Part shown: one piece after another, positions 26,860 through 36,780 of the stretch
Numbering within the stretch: position 1 is the stretch's first letter
How the letters are laid out: each line of letters starts with the position of its first letter
Source of the DNA: Myxococcales bacterium
GTDB lineage: Bacteria; Myxococcota_A; Bradymonadia; REDH01
Length of the DNA stretch: 64,000 bases
Assembly (NCBI GenBank): GCA_947496715.1
Contig: CANMDT010000006.1
Location: forward strand, 1,121 to 65,120
Direction of reading: 5' to 3'
The notes under the pieces: generated by a model
The model's database searches: none
Seen by the model: only the letters and a program-made list of their open reading frames with translations
Told to the model about the DNA's origin: nothing
Translations under genes and position numbers: made by a program

Positions 26860-27807
26860 TTAGGCGTGGAGTCCGGTGTCGGCGAGCCAGCGCTCTGCGT
26901 CGAGTGCAGCCATGCAGCCGGTACCGGCTGCGGTAACGGCCTGACGGTAGATATGGTCTGCACAGTCGCCGGCAGCGAAGACGCCCGGAATCTTGGTGCG
27001 GGTGGAGCCGGGCACGACGTTGAGGTAGCCCGCCTCGTCCATGTCGAGCCACTCGGCGAAGGGCTTGGTGTTGGGGGTGTGGCCGATGGCGAGGAAGAGG
27101 CCCTGTGTGGCCATCTCGCTCAGCTCGCCGGTAACGGTGTCGCGGAGCTTGAGTCCGGAGACGCCGGTCTCGCGGGTGCCGAGGACCTCGAGGACCTCGC
27201 TGTTCCAACGGACCTTGACCTTGGGGTTGCTGAGGACGCGCTCCTGCATGACGGCGGAGGCGCGGAAGCTGTCGCGGCGGTGAATGAGGACGACCTCACT
27301 GCACATCTTGGCGAGGTAGGAGGCCTCTTCCATGGCGGTGTCGCCGCCGCCGACAACAGCGATGGGGCGGTCTTTGAAGAAGAAGCCGTCGCAGGTGGCG
27401 CAGGCGCTGACGCCGTAGCCCGAGAGGTGCTGCTCGGACTCGAGGCCGAGATACTTGGCGGAGGCGCCCGTGGCGACGATGACGGCGTCGGCGAGGACGA
27501 CGGTGTCGTCGTCGAGGAAGAGCTTCTTGGGGGAGGAGGCGAAGTCGACCTTCTCGACCATGTTGTAGCGGATGTCGGTTCCGAAGCGCTGGGCCTGCTT
27601 GGTCATCACATCCATGAGGTCGGGGCCCATGATGCCGTGCTCAAAGCCGGGGTAGTTCTCGACTTCGGTGGTGATGGTGAGCTGGCCTCCGGGCTGGATG
27701 CCGGCGAAGAGGAGGGGCTTCATGTCGGCGCGGCCGGCGTAGATGGCGGCGGTGAGTCCGGCGGCGCCGGAGCCGATGATGACGATGGGGTAGACGGTGT
27801 CGCTCAT
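26860..27807 (-). CDS. trxB: Thioredoxin-disulfide reductase
   Basis: GSGAAG FAD motif, CATCDG redox centre and GGGDTA NADPH motif. Confidence 0.9.
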   Translation of the reverse strand: MSDTVYPIVIIGSGAAGLTAAIYAGRADMKPLLFAGIQPGGQLTITTEVENYPGFEHGIMGPDLMDVMTKQAQRFGTDIRYNMVEKVDFASSPKKLFLDDDTVVLADAVIVATGASAKYLGLESEQHLSGYGVSACATCDGFFFKDRPIAVVGGGDTAMEEASYLAKMCSEVVLIHRRDSFRASAVMQERVLSNPKVKVRWNSEVLEVLGTRETGVSGLKLRDTVTGELSEMATQGLFLAIGHTPNTKPFAEWLDMDEAGYLNVVPGSTRTKIPGVFAAGDCADHIYRQAVTAAGTGCMAALDAERWLADTGLHA

Positions 27808-27881
27808 GCAGGATCTCGCATCAGATGGGGAGCGGCTCGGTACGGCGGGCGTGGTGCTGTGTCAACGGAGTCGGAGGCTCC

Positions 27882-27916
27882 AAAAACGGCGACGCGCCGG
27901 GGATGAGCCGGCGCGT
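27882..27916 (-). terminator. Possible terminator after glnA
   Basis: Stem ACGCGCCGG/CCGGCGCGT with a 7-nt loop, followed on the minus strand by a TTTTT run 5 nt away. Confidence 0.35.
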
Positions 27917-27935
27917 GTTGGACGAGCTCTTCGAC

Positions 27936-29363
27936 CTAGCAGTCGTAGTAGAGCTCGAACTCCATGGGGGTGGGGCGGAGGCGGTTGACCTGCACTTCGC
28001 GCTCATACTTGTAGGAGATCCAGGCGTCGATGAGGTCCTGGCTGAAGACGTTGCCCTTGAGGAGGTAGGCGTGGTCGGCCTCGAGCGCCTTGAGGGCCTC
28101 ATCGAGCGAACCGGGCGTGCCCGGGATGCCGGCGCGCTCCTCGGGGGAGAGCGAGTAAATGTCCTTGTCGGCGGGCTCGCCGGGGTTGATGCGGTTCTCG
28201 ATGCCGTCAAGGCCGGCGAGGAGGATGGCCGAGAAGGCGAGGTAGGCGTTGCAGGAGGGGTCGGGCGTACGGAACTCGATGCGCTTGGCCTTGGGGCTCG
28301 AGTTGTACATGGGGATGCGGATGGCAGCCGAGCGGTTGCGGCTGGAGTAGGCGAGGCTGATGGGGGCCTCGTAGCCGGGCACCAGACGGCGGAAGCTGTT
28401 GGTGGTGGGGTTGGTGAGCGCGACGAGCGAGGCGCCGTGATGGAGGATGCCGCCGATGAAGTGGAGCGCGGTCTCAGAGAGGCCGGCATACTTGTCGCCC
28501 GCGAAGAGGGGCTTGTTGTCGCGCCAGAGGGAGACGTGGATGTGCATTCCCGAGCCGTTGTCTCCGTAGAGGGGCTTGGGCATGAAGGTGGCGGTCTTGT
28601 TGTGGCGGAAGGCGACGTTCTTCACGCAGTACTTAAACCACTGGAGCTTGTCGGCCATGGTGACGAGGGTGTCGAAGCGCATGTCGATTTCGCACTGACC
28701 GCCGGTGGCGACCTCGTGGTGCTCGGTCTCGATCTCGATGCCGAGCTTCTCCATCTCTACGACCATCTCCTGACGGATGTGACGGACCTTATCGTAGGGG
28801 GGCGCGGGGAAGTAGCCGCCCTTGTAGGGGGCCTTGTAGCCAAGGTTGCCACCCTCATCGCGGCCGGAGTTCCACTTCCCTTCGTCGGAGTCGACCTTGT
28901 AGAAGGCGCCGTTCTGGGTGGACTCGAAGCGGACGTCATCGAAGAGGAAGAACTCCGCTTCGGGACCGAAGAAGGAGGTGGTCGCGATGCCGGTCGACTT
29001 GAGGTACTCCTCGGCGCGCTGGGCGACGGCGCGGGGGTCGCGCTCGTAGGACTGGCCGGTGACGGGGTCGAAGATGTTGCAGATGAGCGAGAGCGTCTTG
29101 CGCTCGTAGAAGGGGTCGATGCGGGCGCTCTTGACCTCGGGGCGGAGGAGCATGTCGGAGGACTCGATGGAGCGCCAGCCGCGGATGGAGGAGCCGTCGA
29201 AGCCCTTTCCATCCTCGAAGAAGGCCTCGTCGAACTGGCTGACGGGCATACCAACATGCTGCCAGGTACCGGGCAGGTCCATGAACTTGAGGTCGATGAA
29301 CTCGACCCCCTCGTCCTTGGCGAACTTCACTACATCCTTGGGCGTCTTGAACTCGGGGGCCAT
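27936..29363 (-). CDS. glnA: Glutamine synthetase type I
   Basis: [35 protein letters not shown], and a C-terminal ...ELYYDC. Confidence 0.9.
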   Translation of the reverse strand: MAPEFKTPKDVVKFAKDEGVEFIDLKFMDLPGTWQHVGMPVSQFDEAFFEDGKGFDGSSIRGWRSIESSDMLLRPEVKSARIDPFYERKTLSLICNIFDPVTGQSYERDPRAVAQRAEEYLKSTGIATTSFFGPEAEFFLFDDVRFESTQNGAFYKVDSDEGKWNSGRDEGGNLGYKAPYKGGYFPAPPYDKVRHIRQEMVVEMEKLGIEIETEHHEVATGGQCEIDMRFDTLVTMADKLQWFKYCVKNVAFRHNKTATFMPKPLYGDNGSGMHIHVSLWRDNKPLFAGDKYAGLSETALHFIGGILHHGASLVALTNPTTNSFRRLVPGYEAPISLAYSSRNRSAAIRIPMYNSSPKAKRIEFRTPDPSCNAYLAFSAILLAGLDGIENRINPGEPADKDIYSLSPEERAGIPGTPGSLDEALKALEADHAYLLKGNVFSQDLIDAWISYKYEREVQVNRLRPTPMEFELYYDC

Positions 29364-29422
29364 GATTCTGTCCTTGCGCGTGCGGGGCGAACCCCAGGTG
29401 AGAAAGAGGTTGGGAAGTCTGG

Positions 29423-29797
<375 letters not shown>

Positions 29798-29833
29798 TCA
29801 CGGAGGGGATTTGCAACGCGGGAAGGCGGGGAA

Positions 29834-29877
29834 TTGTCAATTTGACGCAGCGTGTTGACGCAATCAGCCCTTTGACC
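29834..29877. promoter_or_regulatory. Cluster of TTGAC-type direct repeats upstream of glnB. Candidate regulator binding site.
   Basis: TTGTCAA, TTGACGCA (29842-29849), TTGACGCA (29855-29862) and TTGACC (29872-29877), within 110 bp upstream of the glnB start on the minus strand. Confidence 0.3.
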
Positions 29878-30328
29878 AGTGCGTTCGGGAGAGTCGCTCC
29901 GCGAGCGAGCGACCCGAGCCGAGCAGGAGGAGCGGGAGCCAGAGCAGCCAGAGCGTGGCCGGCGTGAGCAGCCGACAGGCGGCCTCTTTGGTTCGTTCGA
30001 GGCCGTCTGCCGGCCGTTCGGCGGCGTCGCAGAGTTCGATGCCGAGCCATTGCGGGAGCAACGACCTGCCCGCGGCGGCGAGGGCAACGGCGATGAGGTG
30101 GCCCGGCAGGAGCGCGAGCAAGAGGTCGCGGTAGAGGTGGCCTGGCGCTTTGGCGAGCGCGAGCGCGAGGTGCTCGAGCTGGGGGAGGTCTGGATTGGGG
30201 CGAAGGGCTGCAGGAACACTGAGCGCTCCGAGCCAAAAAAGGAGGCCGGCGGTTGTCACGCAGAGGAGCGCCTGCCCAGCAGCGAGCGCGAGCCTGCGGA
30301 GGCGGTTGGTCGGCTGGTCAGCCGCCAT
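29864..30328 (-). CDS. Small hypothetical membrane protein overlapping the 3' end of rsmE
   Basis: ATG 30328 starts MAADQPTNRL... The protein contains LLCVTTAGLLFWLGAL and LWLLWLPLLLLG hydrophobic segments. The upstream in-frame part of the 285-aa ORF is low-complexity shadow of rsmE. Confidence 0.4.
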   Translation of the reverse strand: MAADQPTNRLRRLALAAGQALLCVTTAGLLFWLGALSVPAALRPNPDLPQLEHLALALAKAPGHLYRDLLLALLPGHLIAVALAAAGRSLLPQWLGIELCDAAERPADGLERTKEAACRLLTPATLWLLWLPLLLLGSGRSLAERLSRTHWSKG

Positions 30329-31055
30329 GGGTGACGCGGCCGTCGAGGAGGGCGCGGGCGATGACGAGCGAGGCCATGCCGGCCGACTCAGCGCGGAGGA
30401 TGCGGGGTCCGAGCCCGACGGCGCGTCCGCCTGCGGCAAGGAGCGCAGCCCGTTCGAATGGAGCGAGGCCGCCCTCGGGGCCGATGACGAGGCAGGTTGT
30501 CTCTGCGAGCGCCGGCCAGGGGGTGAGCGGTGAGGTCTCGTCGCAGAAGAGGAGCGAGCTGCCCTCGGGGCGGAGTTTGAGCCAGTCGGCGAGGGTGGCG
30601 GGCGGTGCGAGGGTGGGCAGTCGGCGGGTACCACACTGGGCGGCGGCGGCCTCGATGATGCGCTGCCAGCGCTCGATCTTGCTGGCTTCGCGGTCGGAGG
30701 GCTTGGCGACGTTGTGCTCAAGGAGCAGGGGCTGGATCTCGTCTGCGCCCACCTCCACGGCCTTCTCGAGCAGCCACTCCCAGCGGTGGGCGCGGAGCAG
30801 CGCTGCAGCGAGGATCAGGCGACCTGTGACGGGCTGATCGGGGAAGCTGGCGGTGAGCTCGATGGCCTCGGTGCCGTCGTCGGAGAGCCGGCCCTCCCAC
30901 TGTCCGCCGTCGCGGCCGAGCAGGAGCAGCGGCGCGCCGGCGCGGAGCCTGCGGACGTGGCTGGCGTAGTGCGTCTGCTCCCGCGTGAGGCGGATGCTGT
31001 CGGGCCCAACCTGATCGGGTGTGACCGTGAGTCGGAGCGGCGCAGTGGGCTTCAC
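30318..31055 (-). CDS. rsmE: 16S rRNA (uracil1498-N3)-methyltransferase RsmE
   Basis: C-terminus ...IGPEGGLAPFERAALLAAGGRAVGLGPRILRAESAGMASL. The N-terminal PUA-like region reads ...HVRRLRAGAPLLLLGRDGGQWEG. The GTG start overlaps the prmA stop (GTGA). Confidence 0.7.
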   Translation of the reverse strand: MKPTAPLRLTVTPDQVGPDSIRLTREQTHYASHVRRLRAGAPLLLLGRDGGQWEGRLSDDGTEAIELTASFPDQPVTGRLILAAALLRAHRWEWLLEKAVEVGADEIQPLLLEHNVAKPSDREASKIERWQRIIEAAAAQCGTRRLPTLAPPATLADWLKLRPEGSSLLFCDETSPLTPWPALAETTCLVIGPEGGLAPFERAALLAAGGRAVGLGPRILRAESAGMASLVIARALLDGRVTHGG

Positions 31056-32017
31056 GGGGCCGGCTTCTGCAGGAGGATGGAGCACCAGTCGCCCATGGTC
31101 TCGGAACGCAGATGTGTTGCGCCGAGTTCGAGGAAGGTCTCTTCGACGGAGCGGCGCTCGGTCTCGAGGATGCCGGAGAGGAGGAGGAATCCGCCCTCTG
31201 CGGTGGTGCGGTAGAGCTCGACCTTGAGCCGCTTGATGACGGTGGCAAGGATGTTTGCGACGACGAGGTCGAAGGTGTCGGTGAACTGGTCGAGCGGCTT
31301 TGTGCTGGCGACGATGGGGACGGCGAGTTCGTTGCGCTCGACATTCTCTCGCGTGGCCGTGACCGCAATCGGGTCGTTGTCGATGGCGATGAGGTGGGTG
31401 GCGCCAAGACGGGCGGCTGCGATGGCGAGGATGCCGGAGCCGGTCCCGACGTCGAGGACGGAGTGGATGGGGTGAGCGAGGAGGAGCTCGTCGATGCCGC
31501 GCAGGCAGAGCCGCGTGGTCTCGTGGGTGCCGGTTCCGAAGGCCATGCCGGGGTCGATCTCGACGAGGATCATACCCTCCGCCTGAGGCTTTTCCCAAGG
31601 TGGATGGACAATGATGCGGGGCGAGATCTGCGTGGGCTTGAAGTAGGCAAGGTAGGCGGTGAGGTAGCCGTGGTCGGTGATGGGGATGGCGGTGACCACG
31701 ATGGGCCAGGCGTCGTCGAAGCGGCCGCGGAAGGCCTCTCTGAGCTCGTCGAGGTCGCCGTCGTGTTCGAGGTGAATCTGCCAGACGACGCCGTCGACGG
31801 CGCCGATGCGTTCGACCTCTTCAGGTGTCTGCGACTCGCGGTCGATGCGCTCAAAGCCGAGGATGTCGTCGAAGCCCCAGAGCGAACCTTCGATGGCGTC
31901 TTCGAGTGGCTCGGAGCGCTCGCGGAGCTGAATCTGGTAGCGGACGAGCGGGCCCGTTTCGGGGGGCGGCGGGAGGAGCGCGGGGTCGGTCGGCGAAGGG
32001 TTGGACATGAGGCGCAC
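31052..32017 (-). CDS. prmA: Ribosomal protein L11 methyltransferase
   Basis: VLDVGTGSGILAIAAARLGA...IDNDP...ANIL motifs. Confidence 0.85.
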   Translation of the reverse strand: MRLMSNPSPTDPALLPPPPETGPLVRYQIQLRERSEPLEDAIEGSLWGFDDILGFERIDRESQTPEEVERIGAVDGVVWQIHLEHDGDLDELREAFRGRFDDAWPIVVTAIPITDHGYLTAYLAYFKPTQISPRIIVHPPWEKPQAEGMILVEIDPGMAFGTGTHETTRLCLRGIDELLLAHPIHSVLDVGTGSGILAIAAARLGATHLIAIDNDPIAVTATRENVERNELAVPIVASTKPLDQFTDTFDLVVANILATVIKRLKVELYRTTAEGGFLLLSGILETERRSVEETFLELGATHLRSETMGDWCSILLQKPAP

Positions 32018-32071
32018 TGCGGGCGTAAACAGGGATGCGAGAGGCTACACCACAACTCGCTGAGAGGTCGA

Positions 32072-32851
32072 ATGTCGAGTGAGATTTTGCTGTCCGAAGA
32101 GCGTGATGGTGTGCTGTGGCTGACCATGAACCGGCCGGAGCGTCGCAACGCGCTGTCGACCGAACTGGTACGGGCGCTGGTGGCCGCCTTCGAGGGTGTG
32201 TCGGTTTCGACGACGGTGGGCGCGGTGGTGCTGACGGGCGCGGGCGACTTCTTTTGCAGCGGCGCCGACCTCAATCCTGCGCTGGCGGCGGCCGGCCCGC
32301 TTGCGATGCATGAGGACCGTCGAAACTTTGTGCGGCTGCTGCGTGCGATGCGGAGCTGCGGTCGTCCTGTCATTGCCCGGGTGCATGGTCCTGCGCTGGC
32401 AGGCGGGCTCGGCCTCGTGGCTGCCTGTGACCTGGCGGTGGCGTCGGAGGCTGCCCACTTTGCGACGCCGGAGATCAAGATTGGGCTCTTCCCGATGATG
32501 ATCATGGCGCTGATCGCGCGGAACATCGGTCGCAAGCGGGCGCTGGAGTTGATGTACACGGGCGACAAGATTTCGGCGCAGGAGGCAGCGACGCTCGGGC
32601 TGGTGAACCGGGCGGTGGCGGCGGAGGCGCTCGACGCCGAGGTGGCGGCGCTGGCCGGCAAGATTGCGGGCTTCTCGCCGGCGGTCATGCGCCTTGGCCG
32701 CGAGGCCTTCTACGCCATGGAGGAGATGCCGCTCGACGGGGCACTGGAGTATCTCTGCGACCAGCTGACGCTTGCGACGCTGACGGAGGATGCGTCGGAG
32801 GGCGTGATGGCCTTCGTGGGCAAGCGTCCGCCGGTCTGGAAGGGGCGCTAG
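32072..32851 (+). CDS. Enoyl-CoA hydratase/isomerase family protein
   Basis: LTMNRPERRNAL...GAGDFFCSGADL...ARVHGPALAGGLGL (crotonase fold). Confidence 0.8.
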   Translation: MSSEILLSEERDGVLWLTMNRPERRNALSTELVRALVAAFEGVSVSTTVGAVVLTGAGDFFCSGADLNPALAAAGPLAMHEDRRNFVRLLRAMRSCGRPVIARVHGPALAGGLGLVAACDLAVASEAAHFATPEIKIGLFPMMIMALIARNIGRKRALELMYTGDKISAQEAATLGLVNRAVAAEALDAEVAALAGKIAGFSPAVMRLGREAFYAMEEMPLDGALEYLCDQLTLATLTEDASEGVMAFVGKRPPVWKGR

Positions 32852-33594
32852 CCTCCGAAGAGGTTGTCCATGGTGTAGCGGCCCGGTGGCTGCGCAACGA
32901 GCCATCGGCCGGCGGTGAGGGCGCCGCTGGCGAAGAGGGAGCGGTCTGTGGCGCGGTGGGTCAGCTCGAGCCGTTCGCCGTCGCCGAGGAAGTGGACGGT
33001 GTGGTCGCCGATGACGTCGCCGCCGCGGAGCGCAGCCATGCCGATCTCGCCCTCGGCGCGTGGGGCAATCTGGCCGAAGCGGGCCTGCTCCATGACGGTT
33101 GAGGCTGCTCGTCCTTGGTGCGCTGCATGGGCGAGGAGTTTGGCGGTACCGGAGGGGGCATCCTTCTTGAGGCGATGGTGGGTCTCCACAACCTCGATGT
33201 CGAAGGAGGCGGGGAGTGCGCTGCTGGCGAGTGTCACGAGCCGGCGGAGCATGGCGACGCCGAGGCTGGTGTTGGCGGTGTGGAGCAACGCTGTGTGGCG
33301 TGCAGCATCGTTGAGTTGCTCCTCGGTCTGCGCCGTGATGCCGGTGGTTCCCGAGAGGAGCGGGATGCGGCGAAGTCCGCAGAGGCGGGCGACATCGCGC
33401 AGGGCGTCGGGGGAGGAGAAGTCGATGATGAGGTCTGCCTGCAGGCCGTCGAGGTCCTGCTCGAGCGCCGCGAGGTTTTCGCGGCCCACGCGGTGGACGA
33501 GGTCGAAGCCGCCGTGGCGCGCGGCAGCCTGCTCGATGGCGAGCCCCATGCGGCCGTTAGCGCCCACGAGGATGGTTCGGAGCGGGCGGCTCAC
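32848..33594 (-). CDS. dapB: 4-hydroxy-tetrahydrodipicolinate reductase
   Basis: ILVGANGRMG...DFSSP...ETHHRLKKDAPSGTA. The GTG start overlaps the dapA stop. Confidence 0.8.
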   Translation of the reverse strand: MSRPLRTILVGANGRMGLAIEQAAARHGGFDLVHRVGRENLAALEQDLDGLQADLIIDFSSPDALRDVARLCGLRRIPLLSGTTGITAQTEEQLNDAARHTALLHTANTSLGVAMLRRLVTLASSALPASFDIEVVETHHRLKKDAPSGTAKLLAHAAHQGRAASTVMEQARFGQIAPRAEGEIGMAALRGGDVIGDHTVHFLGDGERLELTHRATDRSLFASGALTAGRWLVAQPPGRYTMDNLFGG

Positions 33595-34478
33595 CTTGGC
33601 ACCCCGAGGGCTTCGAGGCTGGCGAAGAGTTCGGCCTTCTCCGCGCTCGAGAGAGGGAGCATGGGGAGGCGGAGGTTCTGGCTCTCGAAGCCGAGCCACT
33701 CCAGTGCGGCCTTGAGGGGCGCGGGGCTGGCCTGCTTGAACATGAGCTGATGGAGGGCCGCAATCTTGGGCTGGAGCGCCTGGGCGGTGGCGAGGTCACC
33801 GGCGGCCATGGCGTCGCAAAGTGCGCTCATCCAGGCCGGCGCCATGTTGCCGACCACGGAGATGACGCCGTGGCCGCCGATCGCCATGAAGGGGAGGGTG
33901 GTGGCATCGTCGCCGGAGAGCAGGAGTTTGTGGCCCGCCTCTGCGATGAGGAGGCTGTCGGTGAGGAGGTCTGCGGAGGCCTCTTTGAAGCCGAGGATGT
34001 TGGGCAGCGCGGCGATGGCGAGCATGGAGGAGAGGGTAAGCCCGACGGCGGTCCGGCCGGGGACATTGTAGGCGATGACCGGCAGCGGCGAGGCCTCGGC
34101 TGCTTGGGTAAAGTGGGCGACGAGTCCGGCTTGTGGCGGCTTGTTGTAGAAGGGGACGACGACCATGAGGGCGTCGACGGGTGCCTCGGCGCCGAAGAAG
34201 CGGACCTGTTCGACCGCCTCTCGGGTGTCGTTGGTGCCGATGCCGCCGACGATGCGGGCGCGGGAGCCGACGGCGGAGCGGACGGTGCGCATGGCGGCGA
34301 GGCGCTCATCTCGCGACATGGTTGCCGACTCACCGGTGGTACCGCAGACGACGATGCCGTCGACGCCGTTATCCACGGTCCAGGCCGCGTGGCGGGCGAG
34401 GCCATCGTGGTCCATCTCTCCGCTTGCGCGAAAGGGGGTTGGAATGGCGATGTAACAGCCGCCGAGGGGGTGGGGCAT
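33591..34478 (-). CDS. dapA: 4-hydroxy-tetrahydrodipicolinate synthase
   Basis: IAIPTPF...VCGTTGES...YNVPGRT, and the catalytic Lys in GFKEAS. ATG 34478 with an AGGAAAC ribosome-binding site. Confidence 0.85.
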   Translation of the reverse strand: MPHPLGGCYIAIPTPFRASGEMDHDGLARHAAWTVDNGVDGIVVCGTTGESATMSRDERLAAMRTVRSAVGSRARIVGGIGTNDTREAVEQVRFFGAEAPVDALMVVVPFYNKPPQAGLVAHFTQAAEASPLPVIAYNVPGRTAVGLTLSSMLAIAALPNILGFKEASADLLTDSLLIAEAGHKLLLSGDDATTLPFMAIGGHGVISVVGNMAPAWMSALCDAMAAGDLATAQALQPKIAALHQLMFKQASPAPLKAALEWLGFESQNLRLPMLPLSSAEKAELFASLEALGVPR

Positions 34479-34710
34479 GGTGCGTTTCCTAGAAAAAGGA
34501 TGCAGAAAATTGGACTTGGGTTTGGTTGGCGACGAGGGCGCTTCCATTACACGCGGTAGCTGTCGGATGGCTACTGCGAAGGGTCAATGGAGTTGGACAT
34601 GAGCGCAGTGTTGGCGGTGTTGGCGAGTGCAGGGCTTGGGATCTGGGCAAGTTCGCTAGCGATTCGTGCGGTTCTGCTCGCTGTTCCGTCGCGAGACGCT
34701 CGCTCGTAGT

Positions 34711-36687
34711 TCACTCGAGCCGCCACGACTCGAAGGTTGGCGGTCTGGAACGAGAGAGCTCTTCGAGGAAGAGGCTGGCTCGGGCGTAGACGCGGCCTTC
34801 GGTGCGGGAGAAGTAGGTGGCGGGGCGCAGGAGATAGAGGTCTCGTTTTGCGCGCGTTGCGGCAACGTAGAAGAGGCGCCGTTCCTCTTCGAGGTCATCT
34901 CCCGTTGCGGAGCGGGCCGAGGGGAACTGGTCTTCGGCGAGCCAGATGAGGAAGACGGACTGGAACTCGAGCCCCTTGGCCTGGTGGACGGAGGAGAGGA
35001 TGACCCGCTCGGTCTCGGGGTTGGCGTCGGCCTGGAAGTCGGATCCGGTGCCTGGGTCGAGGGCGAGTGAGTCGAGGAACGCGGGGATGTTGGGCTGTCC
35101 GGCGGCGTATGCGACGAGTGTGTCGAGGTCTCGGATTCGGTTAGCAGGGTTGTCGTCGATGCGTGCGAGGAGGTCGTCGTAGAAGGCGGCGCGGAGCCGT
35201 TCGATGGCGCGTGAGGGGCTCTGCTGCAGTTCCTCGGAGAAGAGCTCGGCGAGGACCTTTGCGATGGGTTCGAAGGCGCCAGCTGCCCGCTTTGGGATGG
35301 AGAGGAGTCGCGGGTTGCTGAGTGTCTCGGGGATGGCGCCGCAGGAGAGGAGCTGGTCGTGGATGCGGGCTGCGGCTGCCGGTCCGATACCGTCGACGAG
35401 CGTGGCGAAGCGGAAGAAAGCGATGGTATCGCGGGGGTTAGCGGCGAACTTCAAGAGCGAGAGGACATCTTTGATGTGGCGCTGCTCGAAGAACTTGAGG
35501 CCGGAGCGGATCTCGAAGGGGATGTTGCGGCGGCCGAGCTCGATCTGGAGCTCCATGGAGTGCCAGTGGGCGCGGTAGAGGACGGCGATGGAGGCGAGTT
35601 CGACGCCCTCGTCGCGGAGTTCGAGGATGCGCTGTGCGACGAAGGCGGCCTGCTCCGACTCATCCCGGGCGATGATGTTGGCGGGGATGGGGCCGGAGGG
35701 GTTGGAGGTGAAGAGCTGTTTGGGGAACTGGGCCGGATTGTGGCTGATGCTAACGTTGGCGAGCGCGAGGAGCTCGGGCGAAGAGCGGTAGTTCTGCTCA
35801 AGGTTGTAGGTGACGGCTTCCGGGTAGCGCGTCGGGAAGTTGAGGATGTTGGAGATGTCGGCGCCGCGGAAGGAGTAGATGGCCTGACAGTCGTCGCCGA
35901 CGACCATCACGGAGCGGTGTCGTGCAGCCATGAGGTCGACGATTTCGCACTGGATGGGGTTGGTGTCCTGGAACTCGTCGACGAGGAGGTGGTCGAAGCG
36001 TCGCTGCAGGGATTCGCGGACGTCGTCGTGTTCTCGGAGGAGGCGGCGCCAGAGGACGAGGAGGTCGTCGAAGTCGGTGACACCGGCCTCGAACTTGCGG
36101 CTCTGGTAGAGGGCGATGCAGTCGCCAATCTCTGATGTGAGTGCGGAGAAGGCCGAGGCGCGTTCGAGGATGAGTGGCTCGAGGTCGCGTTCTGTGTTGA
36201 TGGCTGCGGAGAGGAGGTCGCGGAGGGTCGAGGCCTTGGGGAAGCGGGTATCAGGCGGCTTGGTGATGTCGGCGGCGCAGCGCTTCATAAGACCTTCTGC
36301 ATCTTCACGGTCGAGCGTTGCGAAGTTGGGGGGCAGGCCAAAGCGGTCGGCGTGCTCTTGGATGAGCCGTCGGCCGATGGAGTGGAAGGTGCCGCTGGCG
36401 ACGGCGTAGCCTGTGCGGCCGAGGAGGTCGGCGAGCCGTCGCGACATCTCGGCGGCGGCCTTGTTGGTGAAGGTGAGCGAGAGGATGCGCTCGGGCCGCA
36501 CGCCGGCCTGGATAAGGTGGGCGATGCGGTGGGTGAGGGTGCGTGTCTTGCCTGAGCCGGGTCCGGCGATGACGAGTGCGGGCTGGAAGGGAGCTGTGAC
36601 GACGGCGCGCTGCTGATCGTTGAGGCCGTCGAGGTGGGCGGGGACCGGCACGGGGGCCGTTGGCTGCATTCGATAGGTCTTGCTCAT
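34711..36687 (-). CDS. UvrD/PcrA/Rep-family ATP-dependent DNA helicase
   Basis: LNDQQRAVV...VIAGPGSGKT...LTFTNKAAAEM...VDEFQDTNP motifs. The first 123 codons of the listed ORF are upstream shadow. Confidence 0.8.
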   Translation of the reverse strand: MSKTYRMQPTAPVPVPAHLDGLNDQQRAVVTAPFQPALVIAGPGSGKTRTLTHRIAHLIQAGVRPERILSLTFTNKAAAEMSRRLADLLGRTGYAVASGTFHSIGRRLIQEHADRFGLPPNFATLDREDAEGLMKRCAADITKPPDTRFPKASTLRDLLSAAINTERDLEPLILERASAFSALTSEIGDCIALYQSRKFEAGVTDFDDLLVLWRRLLREHDDVRESLQRRFDHLLVDEFQDTNPIQCEIVDLMAARHRSVMVVGDDCQAIYSFRGADISNILNFPTRYPEAVTYNLEQNYRSSPELLALANVSISHNPAQFPKQLFTSNPSGPIPANIIARDESEQAAFVAQRILELRDEGVELASIAVLYRAHWHSMELQIELGRRNIPFEIRSGLKFFEQRHIKDVLSLLKFAANPRDTIAFFRFATLVDGIGPAAAARIHDQLLSCGAIPETLSNPRLLSIPKRAAGAFEPIAKVLAELFSEELQQSPSRAIERLRAAFYDDLLARIDDNPANRIRDLDTLVAYAAGQPNIPAFLDSLALDPGTGSDFQADANPETERVILSSVHQAKGLEFQSVFLIWLAEDQFPSARSATGDDLEEERRLFYVAATRAKRDLYLLRPATYFSRTEGRVYARASLFLEELSRSRPPTFESWRLE

Positions 36688-36780
36688 CGCGATGGGCCTG
36701 CGGCTCCGGAGCGGGCGTGGGCGATAGACCCGCGACGGCTGCTGTGATACGATGCTAAGCGCGGAAGTCGCAAGCGGCGA

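Noticed and set aside
30318-31598. 426-aa minus ORF and the 5' two-thirds of the 285-aa ORF 29864..30721
   Set aside because: Only the C-terminal 246 codons are RsmE. The upstream part is an Arg-rich out-of-context extension overlapping prmA. The low-complexity Ser/Pro part of the 285-aa ORF overlaps rsmE in another frame.
32045-32905. 286-aa minus ORF
   Set aside because: Arg-rich antisense of the enoyl-CoA hydratase gene.
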